From Elusimicrobiota bacterium (lineage in GTDB: Bacteria > Elusimicrobiota > UBA8919), in contig JAQUMH010000001.1 in assembly GCA_028718185.1 (NCBI GenBank), positions 31,186 to 95,185 on the forward strand: a stretch of DNA of 64,000 nt, given 5' to 3'. Numbering within the stretch: position 1 is the first letter of the stretch; each line of letters starts with the position of its first letter. Below are positions 52,900-64,000 of this stretch, in pieces. The notes under the pieces were generated by a model. It was not told where the DNA came from. It searched no databases and saw only the letters and a list, made by a program, of their open reading frames with translations. The translations under genes and the position numbers were made by a program.

Positions 52900-53376
52900 C
52901 TATCCTCCCCTTGCCATCGCTATTATTCCTGTTCTTGCCATTTCTTTTATACCAAATGGTTTAAGCATATTTAATAGAGCCTGTATCTTTTCTTCGTCTC
53001 CTGTCATTTCTATAATCAGTACATTTGTCGAAACATCAACTATTTTTGCTCTAAAAATATCAACAATTTGTAATATTTCGTTCCTGGTGCTTTTATCAGC
53101 TTTTACTTTAAGTAGCACTAAATCCCTTTCAACGTGTTCCACGTTGAGAAAATCGTTAAGTTTTATAATGTCAATTAGTTTATTTAACTGTTTTTCGACC
53201 TGTTCAAGAATTTTCTCGTCACCGCGAACAACAATGGTCATCCTGGAAATACTCGGATCGTCAGTTTCACCGACAGAAAGCGAATCAATATTGTATCCCC
53301 GCGCAGCAAAAAGTGTAGCAATCCGCGCTAATACACCTGACTTATTTTCTACTAAAACAGAAATAGTATGCCTCAT
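52900..53376 (-). CDS. ilvH: Acetolactate synthase small (regulatory) subunit
   Basis: ACT domain HTISVLVENKSGVLARIATLFAARGYNIDSLSV; ORF track start 53421 lies in repeat element, Met at 53376 preferred. Confidence 0.9.
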   Translation of the reverse strand: MRHTISVLVENKSGVLARIATLFAARGYNIDSLSVGETDDPSISRMTIVVRGDEKILEQVEKQLNKLIDIIKLNDFLNVEHVERDLVLLKVKADKSTRNEILQIVDIFRAKIVDVSTNVLIIEMTGDEEKIQALLNMLKPFGIKEMARTGIIAMARGG

Positions 53377-53394
53377 AAACCCCCCATCGCATAG

Positions 53395-53507
53395 CGAGGG
53401 AGTTGTTGAGCAGAACTTCACGGAGTTCCGCTTAAAACATTCAGCGGAACGAGTGAGAGTGCCAGCACAGGCTGGACACGGTTCTGCGAAACAATCTCCC
53501 GAGCGAT
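53395..53507 (-). repeat. Intercistronic hairpin repeat element, copy A2 (ilvB-ilvH spacer)
   Basis: Near-identical to A1 with compensatory changes in both hairpins; ends immediately after ilvB stop codon. Confidence 0.65.
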
Positions 53508-53509
53508 TT

Positions 53510-55237
53510 TTATGCTAGACTCGTTATAATTTCATCCAATGCTGCGCCTGCGGGAACCATCGGAAAAACATTCTCTTCTTCCTCAACTAAAAAATCCATA
53601 ACTACCGTTTTTTCTATCTTTAACGCTTTTATAAGAGTATTTTCAACATCTTCCTTTTTTGTAACTCTTATACCAACAGCGCCATATGCTTCGGCAAGTT
53701 TTACAAAATCAGGTATCATCAATGGTGACCTCTTAAAAGAAAGTTCTGAAGCAAGACACCCGTTTGGTTTTGCTAAACATACAGCAGAATATCTTTTCTT
53801 ATAAAACATTTCCTGCCATTGACGAACCATTCCCAAACAATTGTTATTTAAAATAACAATTTTCACGTTTATATTATTCAGGACTGCGGTTGCAAGCTCC
53901 TGTATATTCATTTGTATAGAACCGTCGCCTGCAATATCAATAACCGTTTTTTTAGGATTAGCTATTTTAGCTCCGATAGCCGCAGGAAAACCATAGCCCA
54001 TCGTCCCAAGCCCGCCGCTTGACAAAAAATGCCGGGGATACTTTGGTTTATAGAACTGTGCAGACCACATCTGGTTCTGACCCACTTCCGTAACAACAAT
54101 CGCTTCGCCTTTCGTTATCTCTGAAATTTTATCGATAATATATTGCGGACGAAGTTTATTATCTTTTTTATATGAAAATGGATTTGCTTTTTGCCATTCT
54201 GATATTTTTTTAAGCCAATCTTTATTGTTTTTCTTATTCACATACTTTAAAAGTTCAGTAATAACATTTTTTGCATCACCGACAATAGGTATATCAACCA
54301 TAACATTTTTAGAAATTGAGGTTGGGTCGATATCAATATGGATTATTTTGGCTTTTGGTGCAAAAGCAGAAAGCTTTCCCGTTACCCTGTCATCAAATCT
54401 TGCACCGATTGCTATTATTAAATCGCAATTCTGGAATGCGTGGTTAGCTGCATAATTTCCATGCATGCCCGGCATATAAAGATTCAATGGATGATCCGGA
54501 GGAAAACATCCTATTGCCATTAGAGTTGTAGTAACCGGCGTATGTATTTTTTCAGCAAGTTTCAAAAGTTCGGTTGAAGCATCTGATGAAACTATTCCGC
54601 CGCCTACATACAACAATGGCTGTTTAGCAGAGTTTATCATATCTGCAACTTTCTTTATTTGTCCGATATGACCCGAATAAACCGGTTTATATGAACGTAT
54701 ATCTACTTTTTCAGGCCAGACAAACTCTGTAGTTGCTCTTTGAATATCAGCGGGAATATCTACAAGAACCGGTCCCGGTCTGCCGGTTTTTGCAATATAA
54801 AACGCTTCACGTATTGTTCTTGCTAAATCTTTAACATCTTTTACTAGAAAATTATGTTTAGTAACAGGTCTGGTTATACCTGTTGTATCAGCTTCTTGAA
54901 AAGCATCATTTCCTATAAGTGTTGTTACTACCTGTCCGGTAAATGCAACAACCGGAATTGAATCCATGTTTGCTGTTGCAAGCGCAGTAGTTAGATTTGC
55001 TGCTCCGGGCCCGCTAGTTGCAATACAAACACCAACATCACCTGTAGATCTGGCATACCCGTCAGCCATATGCCCGGCACCCTGTTCATGTCGTGTCAAA
55101 ACAAACTTTATTTTATCCCTTGCGTCAAATATTTTATCAAAAATCGGAAGCACCTGTCCACCCGGAATTCCAAATAACACTTTGACATTTTCTTTTAAAA
55201 GACATTCAATAAATATTTCAGCCCCGGTTTTTATCAT
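53510..55237 (-). CDS. ilvB: Acetolactate synthase large subunit
   Basis: TPP-enzyme motifs, 575 aa. Confidence 0.95.
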   Translation of the reverse strand: MIKTGAEIFIECLLKENVKVLFGIPGGQVLPIFDKIFDARDKIKFVLTRHEQGAGHMADGYARSTGDVGVCIATSGPGAANLTTALATANMDSIPVVAFTGQVVTTLIGNDAFQEADTTGITRPVTKHNFLVKDVKDLARTIREAFYIAKTGRPGPVLVDIPADIQRATTEFVWPEKVDIRSYKPVYSGHIGQIKKVADMINSAKQPLLYVGGGIVSSDASTELLKLAEKIHTPVTTTLMAIGCFPPDHPLNLYMPGMHGNYAANHAFQNCDLIIAIGARFDDRVTGKLSAFAPKAKIIHIDIDPTSISKNVMVDIPIVGDAKNVITELLKYVNKKNNKDWLKKISEWQKANPFSYKKDNKLRPQYIIDKISEITKGEAIVVTEVGQNQMWSAQFYKPKYPRHFLSSGGLGTMGYGFPAAIGAKIANPKKTVIDIAGDGSIQMNIQELATAVLNNINVKIVILNNNCLGMVRQWQEMFYKKRYSAVCLAKPNGCLASELSFKRSPLMIPDFVKLAEAYGAVGIRVTKKEDVENTLIKALKIEKTVVMDFLVEEEENVFPMVPAGAALDEIITSLA

Positions 55238-55357
55238 AATTTAATTCTCCTATAACATTAAATATAAAGTTATTGGGTTATAGCGTTATAGAGTTATAGG
55301 GTTTTAGTGTCATAGGATTGCAACTCTACAAACTCTATAACACTATAAACTCTAAAA

Positions 55358-57010
55358 CTACTTCAATATTGCACCCAAATCTGCAGAAGTTACCAGCTTG
55401 GCGTATCTTGAAAGCCAACCGGTTTTTACTTTTGATTCAAAAGGTTTTCTCCTTGCTAAACGAAGTTTTACTTCTACATCAGTAAGACGGACATTTATCG
55501 TTCTATTCGGTATATCTATTGTAATTTCTTCTCCATCTTTTATAATTCCAATAGGACCGCCATCTACTGCTTCCGGTGCAATATGACCTATACACGGACC
55601 GCGAGTCCCGCCAGAAAATCTACCATCAGTAATTAAAGCAACTGACTCTGAAAGTCCCATGCCGACAATTGCTGAAGTCGGAGAAAGCATTTCTCTCATA
55701 CCAGGCCCGCCTTTGGGTCCCTCATTCCTGATGACTATTACTTCTCCTTTCTTAATTCTTTTAAGCGTAATTAAATTCATAGCCGATTCTTCGGACTCAC
55801 AAACCCTTGCTTTTCCTGAAAATTTTAACATTTTTGAACTAACAGCTGATTGTTTTACAACACAACCATTAGGAGCGATATTACCAAAAAGTATTGCTAT
55901 ACCTCCGGTTTGGCTGTAAGGTTTGTTCAAAGGTCTAATAACTTTGTCATCGCCAACTTTTCCAATTTTGGAAATTTCCGAAATTCTTTTCCCGGATATA
56001 GTCGGATTATCTTTTAATTTACCCTTTAAGACAGAAATAACTGCCGGAATTCCACCGGCATTATCAAGGTCTTCCATGTAATAATCTCCTGCCGGTTCAA
56101 GTTTGACTATATTTGGCGTCTTTTTAGATATTTCATCAAAAAGTGAAAGCGGAAGTTTTATATTACACTCATTTGCTATTGCAGGAAGATGCAAAACTGT
56201 ATTAGTTGAACCGCCTAATGCCATATCCATAACTATTGCATTATAAAATGCTTCGCTTGTCATTATTCTTTTTGGTAAAATTTGCTTATTAACAATTTCA
56301 ACAATCCTCTGACCTGATTCGTATGCAATCCGTCTCTTTTTACTTGATACAGCAGGAGCGGTAGCACATCCGGGAAGAGACATTCCCATAGTTTCCGTTA
56401 AACATGCCATTGTATTTGCAGTATAAAGTCCCTGACAACTTCCTGAACCGGGACATGCAGCCATTTCGAGTTCTTCAAGTTCAGTTGCATCCATCTTCTT
56501 TGCACGGAAAAGTCCGACCGCTTCAAATGAATCTCTAACAAGTGAACGCCTCTTGCCATTGTAAAAACCGGTCAACATTGGACCTGCAGTAACTACTATT
56601 GAAGGAATATTCAAACGTCCCGCTGCCATAAGCATTCCGGGCGTGATTTTATCACAATTAGTCAGCAAAATTAAACCGTCAAGCTTATGAGCATTTGCTA
56701 CTGATTCAACACAATCAGATATAAGTTCTCTTGAGGGCAATGAATAACACATTCCCGAGTGTCCCATAGCAATTCCATCGCATATAGCAGGAACACCGAA
56801 AATAAAAGGTGTACCGCCGGCGGATTCTACTCCCCGTTCTATAAATCTTTCTAAATCTCTCATTCCAAAATGACCCGGAACCAGATCGGAGTAACTTGAA
56901 GCTATTCCGATAAATGGCTTCTGTACCGACGCTTTAGAAATTCCTGTTGCATAAATAAGACACCTGTTTGGAGCTCTTTCAACACCTTTCTTCGCATCAT
57001 CGCTTCTCAT
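55358..57010 (-). CDS. ilvD: Dihydroxy-acid dehydratase
   Basis: IlvD/EDD family signatures (CDGIAMGH, Fe-S Cys ligands). Confidence 0.95.
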   Translation of the reverse strand: MRSDDAKKGVERAPNRCLIYATGISKASVQKPFIGIASSYSDLVPGHFGMRDLERFIERGVESAGGTPFIFGVPAICDGIAMGHSGMCYSLPSRELISDCVESVANAHKLDGLILLTNCDKITPGMLMAAGRLNIPSIVVTAGPMLTGFYNGKRRSLVRDSFEAVGLFRAKKMDATELEELEMAACPGSGSCQGLYTANTMACLTETMGMSLPGCATAPAVSSKKRRIAYESGQRIVEIVNKQILPKRIMTSEAFYNAIVMDMALGGSTNTVLHLPAIANECNIKLPLSLFDEISKKTPNIVKLEPAGDYYMEDLDNAGGIPAVISVLKGKLKDNPTISGKRISEISKIGKVGDDKVIRPLNKPYSQTGGIAILFGNIAPNGCVVKQSAVSSKMLKFSGKARVCESEESAMNLITLKRIKKGEVIVIRNEGPKGGPGMREMLSPTSAIVGMGLSESVALITDGRFSGGTRGPCIGHIAPEAVDGGPIGIIKDGEEITIDIPNRTINVRLTDVEVKLRLARRKPFESKVKTGWLSRYAKLVTSADLGAILK

Positions 57011-57077
57011 TTCCTTCCTCCATTCACTTCGCTTACACGCAAATATTCGCGTGTATTCACGCTCTTTATATTTGCGT

Positions 57078-58634
57078 TTATTCGCGGTCCTTTAAAAGCT
57101 TATATTCTATTGCATCAACTAATGCCTGCCAAGACGCCTCAATTATGTTTTCTGAAACACCAACAGTATTCCATTCATCTTTACCGTCAGTGGATTGTAT
57201 TAAAACCCTTACTTTCGCTTCAGTTCCGCCGGACGGATTTATAATCCTCACCTTGAAATCGGAAAGACGAACATTTCTCAGTTGCGGATAAAAATTTTCC
57301 AATGCCTTTCTTAATGCATTATCAAGTGCATTTACGGGACCATCGCCTTCCGCAGCAGTAAGTTCTTCTACACCTTTTACAAAAACCTTAATTGTCGCTT
57401 CTGATTTGATATGTCCCATTCTATCTTTTTCAACTGAAACCCTGAAACCGCCTAAACTAAAAAATGTTTTATGCTTACCAATATTTTTCTTTACTAAAAC
57501 CTCAAATGAACCCTCAGCACCTTCATAAAGATATCCTTTCTTTTCATGGTCTTTTACAATTTGCAAAATCTTTTTTGTCGTATCGCTGTCTTTTTCAAAA
57601 TCTATATTTAACTCTTTGGACTTAAGTAAAATATTGGCGCGACCGGAAAGTTCTGATATTAAAATTCTTCTTTGATTACCGACAATAGACGGATCAATAT
57701 GTTCATATGTTGACGACTTTTTAGAAATTGCGGAAACATGAATACCACCCTTGTGTGCAAAAGCCGAGTAACCCGTATACGGCTGCTTGTCGTTGGGAAT
57801 GATATTGGCAACTTCTGATATATAACGCGATGTCTCTGTAAGCAATTTGAGTTTTTGGTCAGAAATACAGTCAATTCCAACCTTAAGTTTGAGATTAGCA
57901 ATCACTGCTGACAGATTTGCATTTCCACATCTCTCACCCCATCCATTGAGCGTCCCCTGCACAATAACGCAGCCCGATTGTATAGCAACTATTGAATTTG
58001 CGACAGCACATCCGGAATCGTTATGCGCATGAATACCTAATGGAACAGAAACATGGTTTTTTATTTCTGAGATTATTTCTATAATTTGATTAGGAAGCAT
58101 TCCCCCGTTAGTATCACAAAGAGAAATATTATCTGCATCAGAAGCAGCTTCAAGCGTCTTTAATGCATAATCACTATTTGAAATATAACCGTCAAAAAAA
58201 TGTTCGGCATCATAAATAACTTCCAGACCCTTTGACTTCAAAAATTTTATGGATGAATAAATCATATCCAAATTTTTTTCAAGACTTGTATTTAAAGCAT
58301 ATTTTACATGTAAATCCCATGTTTTTCCAAATATACAGGCACAATCCGGCTTAATTTTTACTATTGCCAGAAGATTCTCATCTTTTTCCGGCTTATTATC
58401 TTTGTGCCTGGTAGAACCAAAAGCAGTAATCTTTGCATTTTTTAATTTAAGCTTTTTAACTTTTTTAAAAAATTCAATATCTTTTGGGTTTGAATACGGC
58501 CAACCACCTTCGATATAATGTATTCCAATATTGTCCAGTGCTACTGCAATCTTCAATTTATCCTCAACAGTAAGAGAAATCCCCTCTCCCTGAGTTCCAT
58601 CTCTTAACGTCGTATCAAAAACCTTTATCTCCAT
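57078..58634 (-). CDS. cimA: 2-isopropylmalate / (R)-citramalate synthase family enzyme (CimA-like)
   Basis: [11 protein letters not shown]-terminal motif, HxH metal site, LeuA-dimerisation C-terminus; long-form length about 520 aa. Confidence 0.8.
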   Translation of the reverse strand: MEIKVFDTTLRDGTQGEGISLTVEDKLKIAVALDNIGIHYIEGGWPYSNPKDIEFFKKVKKLKLKNAKITAFGSTRHKDNKPEKDENLLAIVKIKPDCACIFGKTWDLHVKYALNTSLEKNLDMIYSSIKFLKSKGLEVIYDAEHFFDGYISNSDYALKTLEAASDADNISLCDTNGGMLPNQIIEIISEIKNHVSVPLGIHAHNDSGCAVANSIVAIQSGCVIVQGTLNGWGERCGNANLSAVIANLKLKVGIDCISDQKLKLLTETSRYISEVANIIPNDKQPYTGYSAFAHKGGIHVSAISKKSSTYEHIDPSIVGNQRRILISELSGRANILLKSKELNIDFEKDSDTTKKILQIVKDHEKKGYLYEGAEGSFEVLVKKNIGKHKTFFSLGGFRVSVEKDRMGHIKSEATIKVFVKGVEELTAAEGDGPVNALDNALRKALENFYPQLRNVRLSDFKVRIINPSGGTEAKVRVLIQSTDGKDEWNTVGVSENIIEASWQALVDAIEYKLLKDRE

Positions 58635-58653
58635 ATTTTAACACCTCTTGAAT

Positions 58654-59880
58654 TTATTTTATCAGACTATCTGCTAAATTAAATTTTCTATGTAACGACT
58701 TAACTGCTCTCTCCGTATCCCTGTTTGATATGATACAGGAAATCTTAATCTCTGAAGTTGAAATCATCTGAATATTTATACCTTCATCAAAAAATATTTT
58801 AAACATCTTTGCAGCAATACCGGGATGACTTCTCATCCCTATCCCGATTATCGATACTTTAGATACATTCTCATCGGCAATAACAGGACCACCGCCAAGT
58901 TTCTTAGATATGTTTTTCAACAATGGGACAGCATTTTTTAGCTCGTTTTTTGAAACAGTAAATGAAATATCATTAGTTTTTTCTCTTGCTGCCGACTGAA
59001 TTATCATATCAACATTTATGTTTTTTTTTGCAAGCGCCCCGAATATTTTTGCAGCAATTCCGGGTTTATCAGGAACATCCGTTACTGAAAGTTTTGCTTC
59101 GTTTTTATCGTAGGCAACTCCTGATACAACAACATCCTCCATATAAGGAACCTCCTTTGTTATAATAGTACCTTTTTCATTGGAAAAAGTGGAACGAACA
59201 TGTATATCCACGTTATATTTTTTTGCAACTTCAATTGAACGCGCCATCATAACCTGACTGCCACTACCGGCATATTCCAGCATTTCGTCGTATGAAATTT
59301 TATCAATTTTTCTTGCATCATCAACAATTCGTGGATCCGTTGTATAAACCCCTTTTACATCCGTATAAATTTCACATTCTTTTGCTTTAAGCGCTGCTGC
59401 TAATGCAACAGCTGTTAAATCACTTCCACCACGACCAAGAGTAGTAATATCTTCATTTGAGTTTAATCCCTGGAAACCGGCTACTATTACTATCTTATTT
59501 TTTTTAAGTTCTTCTATTATTTTCTTTGGCCGGATTCTTTTTATCCTTGCCTTTGTATGAACATTATCAACATGAATACCCGCCTGTGGACCGGTCAGAG
59601 AAATCGCATCTAACCCGTCAGATTTTATAGCCATTGAAAGAAGGGCAATTGACTGCATTTCACCGGTTGCAAGAAGCATATCCATTTCCCTCGGGTCAGG
59701 TGACTCTGTTATACTTTTTGCTTTTTCTATTAAATCATCAGTCATATCACCGGGCGCAGAAACAACCACAACAATCCTGTGTTTTTTTGCTTTTGCAGCC
59801 ACGCGACCGGCAACATTTTTTATTTTCTCAGGGTTAGAAACCGACGACCCCCCAAATTTCATTACAATAAGATTATCCAT
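58654..59880 (-). CDS. lysC: Aspartate kinase
   Basis: VMKFGGSSV, kinase core and two C-terminal ACT domains. Confidence 0.9.
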   Translation of the reverse strand: MDNLIVMKFGGSSVSNPEKIKNVAGRVAAKAKKHRIVVVVSAPGDMTDDLIEKAKSITESPDPREMDMLLATGEMQSIALLSMAIKSDGLDAISLTGPQAGIHVDNVHTKARIKRIRPKKIIEELKKNKIVIVAGFQGLNSNEDITTLGRGGSDLTAVALAAALKAKECEIYTDVKGVYTTDPRIVDDARKIDKISYDEMLEYAGSGSQVMMARSIEVAKKYNVDIHVRSTFSNEKGTIITKEVPYMEDVVVSGVAYDKNEAKLSVTDVPDKPGIAAKIFGALAKKNINVDMIIQSAAREKTNDISFTVSKNELKNAVPLLKNISKKLGGGPVIADENVSKVSIIGIGMRSHPGIAAKMFKIFFDEGINIQMISTSEIKISCIISNRDTERAVKSLHRKFNLADSLIK

Positions 59881-59899
59881 AAATACACCTAATAACGGC

Positions 59900-59933
59900 G
59901 TTCACGTGTTCACGTGTTGATATGTTCACGTGT
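59900..59933 (-). promoter_or_regulatory. Three tandem TTCACGTG units upstream of lysC
   Basis: TTCACGTG at 59901-59908, 59909-59916 and 59925-59932, 20-50 nt upstream of the lysC start codon; each contains the CACGTG palindrome. Confidence 0.35.
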
Positions 59934-60009
59934 AAATTGCTAATAGAAAGTTAAAAATTTTATTAAGACTTTTAAAGAGCATATAATCCTTACAAATCAA
60001 AGCGAAGTA

Positions 60010-60100
60010 AGAAATTTCTGAAGAGCCTGAATTTGCGACTTATTTTTTCCAGGAGCAAATGTTAGAGCGACCACAAGGGAGCGTCTCAAAGAAATTTACT
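60010..60100 (-). repeat. Intercistronic repeat element, copy B1 (thrB-lysC spacer)
   Basis: About 85 bp nearly identical to B2 (GAAATTTCTGAAGAGCCTGAATTTGCGACTTATTTTTTCCAGGAGCAAATGTTAGAGCGACCACAAGGGAGCGTCTC); terminus overlaps thrB stop. Confidence 0.65.
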
Positions 60101-61015
60101 TACGAGCACACCTTTATTATCAAAATCACAAACGATATATTTTGACTTAATTCTATGTCCTGCAAACGCTCTTTGCATTGATTTCCCGATGCCAACTGAT
60201 AGACGCTGACTACTGAGCGATAATATAGTAGAACCACTACCGGAAATACAAACACCGTAAGCACCTGATTTTTTGGCAGAACTGAAAACTTCTTCCATTC
60301 CCGGAATTAGTTTTTTTCTATACGGCTGATGTAGTCTGTCTTCCATAGCTGTCCCTAGTAGATTATATTTTTTTTGAATGATTGCCGATAAAAAAAATCC
60401 GACTCTGCTTGAATTAAAAACTGCATCTTCACGACTTATCATTTTTGGTAAAATTTTTCTTGCCTTATCTGTTGAAACTTCAAAATCAGGAATACAAAGA
60501 ACTGCCTTTAAATCACCTGGCATTTTTATCTTTGTACATTTTATATCTTTTCCATTATAATTGCAAACACAAAGTCCGCCAAAAAGCGAAGGAACTACAT
60601 TATCGGGATGCCCTTCAAGTTTCGTGACCATCTGTATAATTTCATTATCTGAAAGTTTACTACCGCAAATTTTATTTGCTGCAATAAATCCGCCAAGTCG
60701 TGCGGCAGCCGAACTTCCCAATCCCCGTGCAAGAGGAATATGATTAATAAACCGTATATGTAATGTGTTATGTGTAATATGTAATATATCGAAAACCTTT
60801 TTCATCGCCTGCCAAACAATATTTTTTTCATCTCTTGGAAGTTTCTCTTCCCCTTCACCTTCAATATCTATTTTTAGACCTCGGACATTGGACTTCGGAC
60901 ATTGGACGATATTTACTTCTATCTCATTATAAAGTTTTAATGCAGCCCCGAGCACATCATATCCGGCACCAAAATTTGATGTCGTAGCCGGAATTTTAAT
61001 TTTTATTTTGTTCAT
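60086..61015 (-). CDS. thrB: Homoserine kinase
   Basis: GHMP kinase motif [11 protein letters not shown]. Confidence 0.85.
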   Translation of the reverse strand: MNKIKIKIPATTSNFGAGYDVLGAALKLYNEIEVNIVQCPKSNVRGLKIDIEGEGEEKLPRDEKNIVWQAMKKVFDILHITHNTLHIRFINHIPLARGLGSSAAARLGGFIAANKICGSKLSDNEIIQMVTKLEGHPDNVVPSLFGGLCVCNYNGKDIKCTKIKMPGDLKAVLCIPDFEVSTDKARKILPKMISREDAVFNSSRVGFFLSAIIQKKYNLLGTAMEDRLHQPYRKKLIPGMEEVFSSAKKSGAYGVCISGSGSTILSLSSQRLSVGIGKSMQRAFAGHRIKSKYIVCDFDNKGVLVSKFL

Positions 61016-62142
61016 AAACCTATTGTTTTTACAATTTTTTTCAAATCCGGCTCCATAATTTTAGGCTTTATTGCAGATTTTATCGCTCTATCCGGATCTT
61101 TAAGTCCATGTCCCGTAAGAGTGCAAACGATTGTAGTTTGTAGTTTTTGGTTTGCAGTTCGTGAACCCATAAACGCATGAACTCGTGAACGATATTTTAT
61201 AAGCCCGGCTACCGATGCAGCAGATGCCGGCTCTACAAAAACTCCTTCAAGAGATGCAAGTAACTTGTATGCTTTTAGAATTTCAGTATCTGTAACTATA
61301 TCAATAACTCCCTTTGATTCATCCCTCGCTTCTTCTGCTTTCTTCCAACTAGCAGGATTTCCTATTTTTATTGCAGTCGCTATCGTTTTAGGATTTTTTA
61401 TTGGTTTTCCTTTAACAATCGGTGCAGCACCCGCTGCCTGAAAACCCATCATGTGAGGCAGTTTATTAGTTAATAGTTCATTGTTCATAGTTTTTTGATT
61501 TTTCTCTGAACTCTGAACCCTGAACTCTGAACTGTATTCCTTATATCCCTTCCAATATGCTGTTATATTTCCTGCATTGCCAACTGGGATAAAATGGTAA
61601 TTAGGCGCTTTACCTAAAAAATCAATTATCTCAAAAGCAGCAGTCTTTTGTCCCTCAATACGATAAGGATTTAATGAATTTACAAGCGTGATGGGATATT
61701 TTTCTGTAATTTCGAGAACTATTTTTAACGCATCATCAAAATTGCCTTTTAACGCAATAACCTTTGCTCCATGCATCATCGATTGTGAAAGTTTACCGAG
61801 CGCAATAGAACCGTCCGGTATTATAACAACACATTTCAATCCTGCTCTTGCCGAATATGCAGCAGCAGATGCAGCAGTATTACCTGTTGATGCACAAATC
61901 ACCGCTTTGCTACCCTCTTCAACAGCTTTAGAAATAGCCATCGTCATTCCACGGTCCTTAAATGAACCGGTTGGATTTGTACCTTCAAACTTAAGATATA
62001 TATCAACGTTTATATTAAGATATTTTTCTAAATTTTTTGCTCTCAAAAGCGGCGTATTGCCTTCGTAAAGAGTGACAACAGGCATCTTGTCCATTACCGG
62101 CAAATATTTTCGATACCTTTCAATTATACCTTTATAAACCAT
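61012..62142 (-). CDS. thrC: Threonine synthase
   Basis: PLP-dependent fold with [14 protein letters not shown] lysine motif. Confidence 0.9.
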   Translation of the reverse strand: MVYKGIIERYRKYLPVMDKMPVVTLYEGNTPLLRAKNLEKYLNINVDIYLKFEGTNPTGSFKDRGMTMAISKAVEEGSKAVICASTGNTAASAAAYSARAGLKCVVIIPDGSIALGKLSQSMMHGAKVIALKGNFDDALKIVLEITEKYPITLVNSLNPYRIEGQKTAAFEIIDFLGKAPNYHFIPVGNAGNITAYWKGYKEYSSEFRVQSSEKNQKTMNNELLTNKLPHMMGFQAAGAAPIVKGKPIKNPKTIATAIKIGNPASWKKAEEARDESKGVIDIVTDTEILKAYKLLASLEGVFVEPASAASVAGLIKYRSRVHAFMGSRTANQKLQTTIVCTLTGHGLKDPDRAIKSAIKPKIMEPDLKKIVKTIGL

Positions 62143-62157
62143 ATATAAACCTTAAAG

Positions 62158-62240
62158 CGTTCATGTGTTCACGTGTTGATGTGTTCAAATATTAATCATA
62201 AATGCGTTCACGTGTTCACATGTTCATATGTTCAAATGTT
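62158..62240 (-). promoter_or_regulatory. Array of about 8 degenerate TTCAYRTG units upstream of thrC
   Basis: GTTCATGTG, TTCACGTG, GTTGATGTG, TTCAAAT, GTTCACGTG, TTCACATG, TTCATATG, TTCAAATG in tandem beginning 16 nt upstream of thrC start. Confidence 0.35.
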
Positions 62241-62317
62241 AATCGCAAAACAAGTTACATATTTTATCTTCTCTTCATCGCGAAGCGAGAAACAAACCTT
62301 ATCCACGCTTAATCGCG

Positions 62318-62425
62318 AAGCGAGGAAGAAATTTCTGAAGAGCCTGAATTTGCGACTTATTTTTTCCAGGAGCAAATGTTAGAGCGACCACAAGGGAGCG
62401 TCTCGAAGAAATTTGCTCCCGAGCG
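62318..62425 (-). repeat. Intercistronic repeat element, copy B2 (hom-thrC spacer)
   Basis: Near-identical to B1; abuts hom stop codon; preceded at 62277-62295 by an extra partial copy of the CATCGCGAAGCGAG terminus. Confidence 0.65.
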
Positions 62426-63724
62426 TTATTCCATGATACGCAACACAACTGCTTTAGTTTTAACAAAAGATAAATTATTAATTATTTTTATCGCTTTCCT
62501 GATATTTCCTTCTTTTGCCTGATGTGTAAGCATTACTATAGGAACACCGTATTTTTTATGACACTCTTCCTGAAGACAAGCAGAAATAGAAACATTATTA
62601 TCCCCTAATATTCCGAAAATTTTTGAAAGCGCCCCGGGTTTATCTGCTGTCATAACTCTTATATAATATTTAGTCTCAATATTTTCAACCGGCTTTATAT
62701 TCAGTTTTACTTTTTTATCATACGAAATATATGGTGATTTCCCTGCTATACCATAAAAAATATTTCTTGCGAGATATATTATATCAGAAACAACAGCACT
62801 CGCAGCAGCAGAACCACCGGCACCTTTTCCATAAAACATCACATCACCTACAAAGTCACCATCGACATAAATTGCATTATATTCATTTTCCACTGATGCA
62901 AGAGGATGCTCATCAGAAATAAAAGTCGGATAAACAGTCGCAGAAATTTCATTATTTTCATTTTTCACAGTTGCTAAAAGCTTTAGAACATAGTTAAACT
63001 CTTCCTTGGCATATTTTATATCTATAGAATTTATATCAGAAATGCCTTCCCTGTAAATTTTTTCAAACGGCAAATGATTTCCATATGCTATTGATGCAAG
63101 TATTGAAAGTTTATGCGCTGCATCAGAACCGTCAATATCAAGAGAAGGATTTGATTCTGCAAAACCGGATTTTTGCGCTAATTTAACTGCTTCATCAAAA
63201 CTCATATTATCATCTGTCATTTTTGAAAGAATAAAATTAGTTGTACCATTCAAAATACCAATTATTGACTGTATTTTATTTGCAGCCAGCCCTTCATTTA
63301 ACGACTGAATTATCGGTATCCCTGCACCTACAGCTGCTTCGAAATATACAAGAACCTTTTTCCTCAGAGCAAGCGAAAATATCTCGTCCCAGTTACTCGA
63401 AAGTACCGCTTTATTGGCAGTAACAATATGTTTCCCACGATTCATTGCCTCTATAATTATTTTTTTCGAAACATCCATGCCGCCTATCAACTCAACAATA
63501 ATATCAACTGACGGGTCAAGAATAATCTTACTTGCATCTGAAGTGAAAGTTTCCCTGGGTAAATTTGATTGTTTAAACCGCGAAGTATCTTTATCGCAAA
63601 CCCATTTTATATTTATCTCGCAACCAACTTTCCTATTTACAATAGATGAATGCTTTAATAATATTTTTATAACATTTAGCCCTACGGTACCACATCCAAC
63701 AATTCCAATATTAATTTTTCTCAT
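62426..63724 (-). CDS. hom: Homoserine dehydrogenase
   Basis: N-terminal NAD-binding GCGTVG, catalytic domain, C-terminal ACT domain. Confidence 0.9.
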   Translation of the reverse strand: MRKINIGIVGCGTVGLNVIKILLKHSSIVNRKVGCEINIKWVCDKDTSRFKQSNLPRETFTSDASKIILDPSVDIIVELIGGMDVSKKIIIEAMNRGKHIVTANKAVLSSNWDEIFSLALRKKVLVYFEAAVGAGIPIIQSLNEGLAANKIQSIIGILNGTTNFILSKMTDDNMSFDEAVKLAQKSGFAESNPSLDIDGSDAAHKLSILASIAYGNHLPFEKIYREGISDINSIDIKYAKEEFNYVLKLLATVKNENNEISATVYPTFISDEHPLASVENEYNAIYVDGDFVGDVMFYGKGAGGSAAASAVVSDIIYLARNIFYGIAGKSPYISYDKKVKLNIKPVENIETKYYIRVMTADKPGALSKIFGILGDNNVSISACLQEECHKKYGVPIVMLTHQAKEGNIRKAIKIINNLSFVKTKAVVLRIME

Positions 63725-63780
63725 AACGCTGATTTCCTGTACGCTGATTACCGCTGATAATCTGCGGTCATATGTGACAT

Positions 63781-64000
63781 TTATCTGCCAGTATCTGCGT
63801 TTTTTATAAACTTTCCCAATCTTAACAAGGCATCGTGAAATCTGTTAAAATGAGTAACTAACGCAAACCGTAAATAACCTTCCCCATATTTTCCAAAACC
63901 GGTTCCCGGAGAGCAAGCAATACCTGTTTTTTTTATTAGTTCTTCAGAAAATTTCAACGAATCCATTTTTTGAGATTCAGGAATCTTTGCCCATAGATAC
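63781..64000 (-). CDS. PLP-dependent aminotransferase, C-terminal fragment (5' end outside window)
   Basis: C-terminal GIACSPGTGFG...GYLRFAL pattern typical of class I aminotransferases; open to window edge. Confidence 0.5.
   Translation of the reverse strand, partial: YLWAKIPESQKMDSLKFSEELIKKTGIACSPGTGFGKYGEGYLRFALVTHFNRFHDALLRLGKFIKNADTGR

Overview
Low-GC bacterial chromosomal window in which every supportable gene (about 70) lies on the minus strand. Identifications are from reading the supplied ORF translations against remembered family motifs; no searches were run. Core content (window order, low to high coordinate): Nif3-like (partial), rpsU, HIT, a sulfatase-domain membrane protein, mtaB, rsmE, dnaJ, dnaK, grpE, hrcA, ymdB, rny, 5-formyl-THF cyclo-ligase, rarA, zapA, a type I restriction-modification operon, pheT, an rbfA-nrnA-truB-ribF block with rubrerythrin/flavin-reductase genes, pheS, trkA/trkH, rplT, rpmI, infC, secreted/lipoprotein genes, a complete F1Fo ATP synthase operon, ilvHBD-cimA and lysC-thrB-thrC-hom. 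The most interesting region is the type I R-M operon (14789-23729): four extra genes sit translationally coupled inside it, a YhcG-like PD-(D/E)xK nuclease and an HNH-motif protein between hsdM and hsdS, and an uncharacterised overlapping 151-aa/254-aa pair between hsdS and hsdR. The second notable signal is a family of about 100-bp hairpin-bearing repeat elements that abut the stop codons of atpD, atpH, ilvB, thrB and hom, with compensatory base changes between copies. Short tandem word repeats are also widespread at 5' gene ends and in some coding regions. A 6S-RNA-like structured RNA is proposed downstream of zapA on synteny and a long-range stem. No CRISPR array, rRNA or tRNA was recognised.
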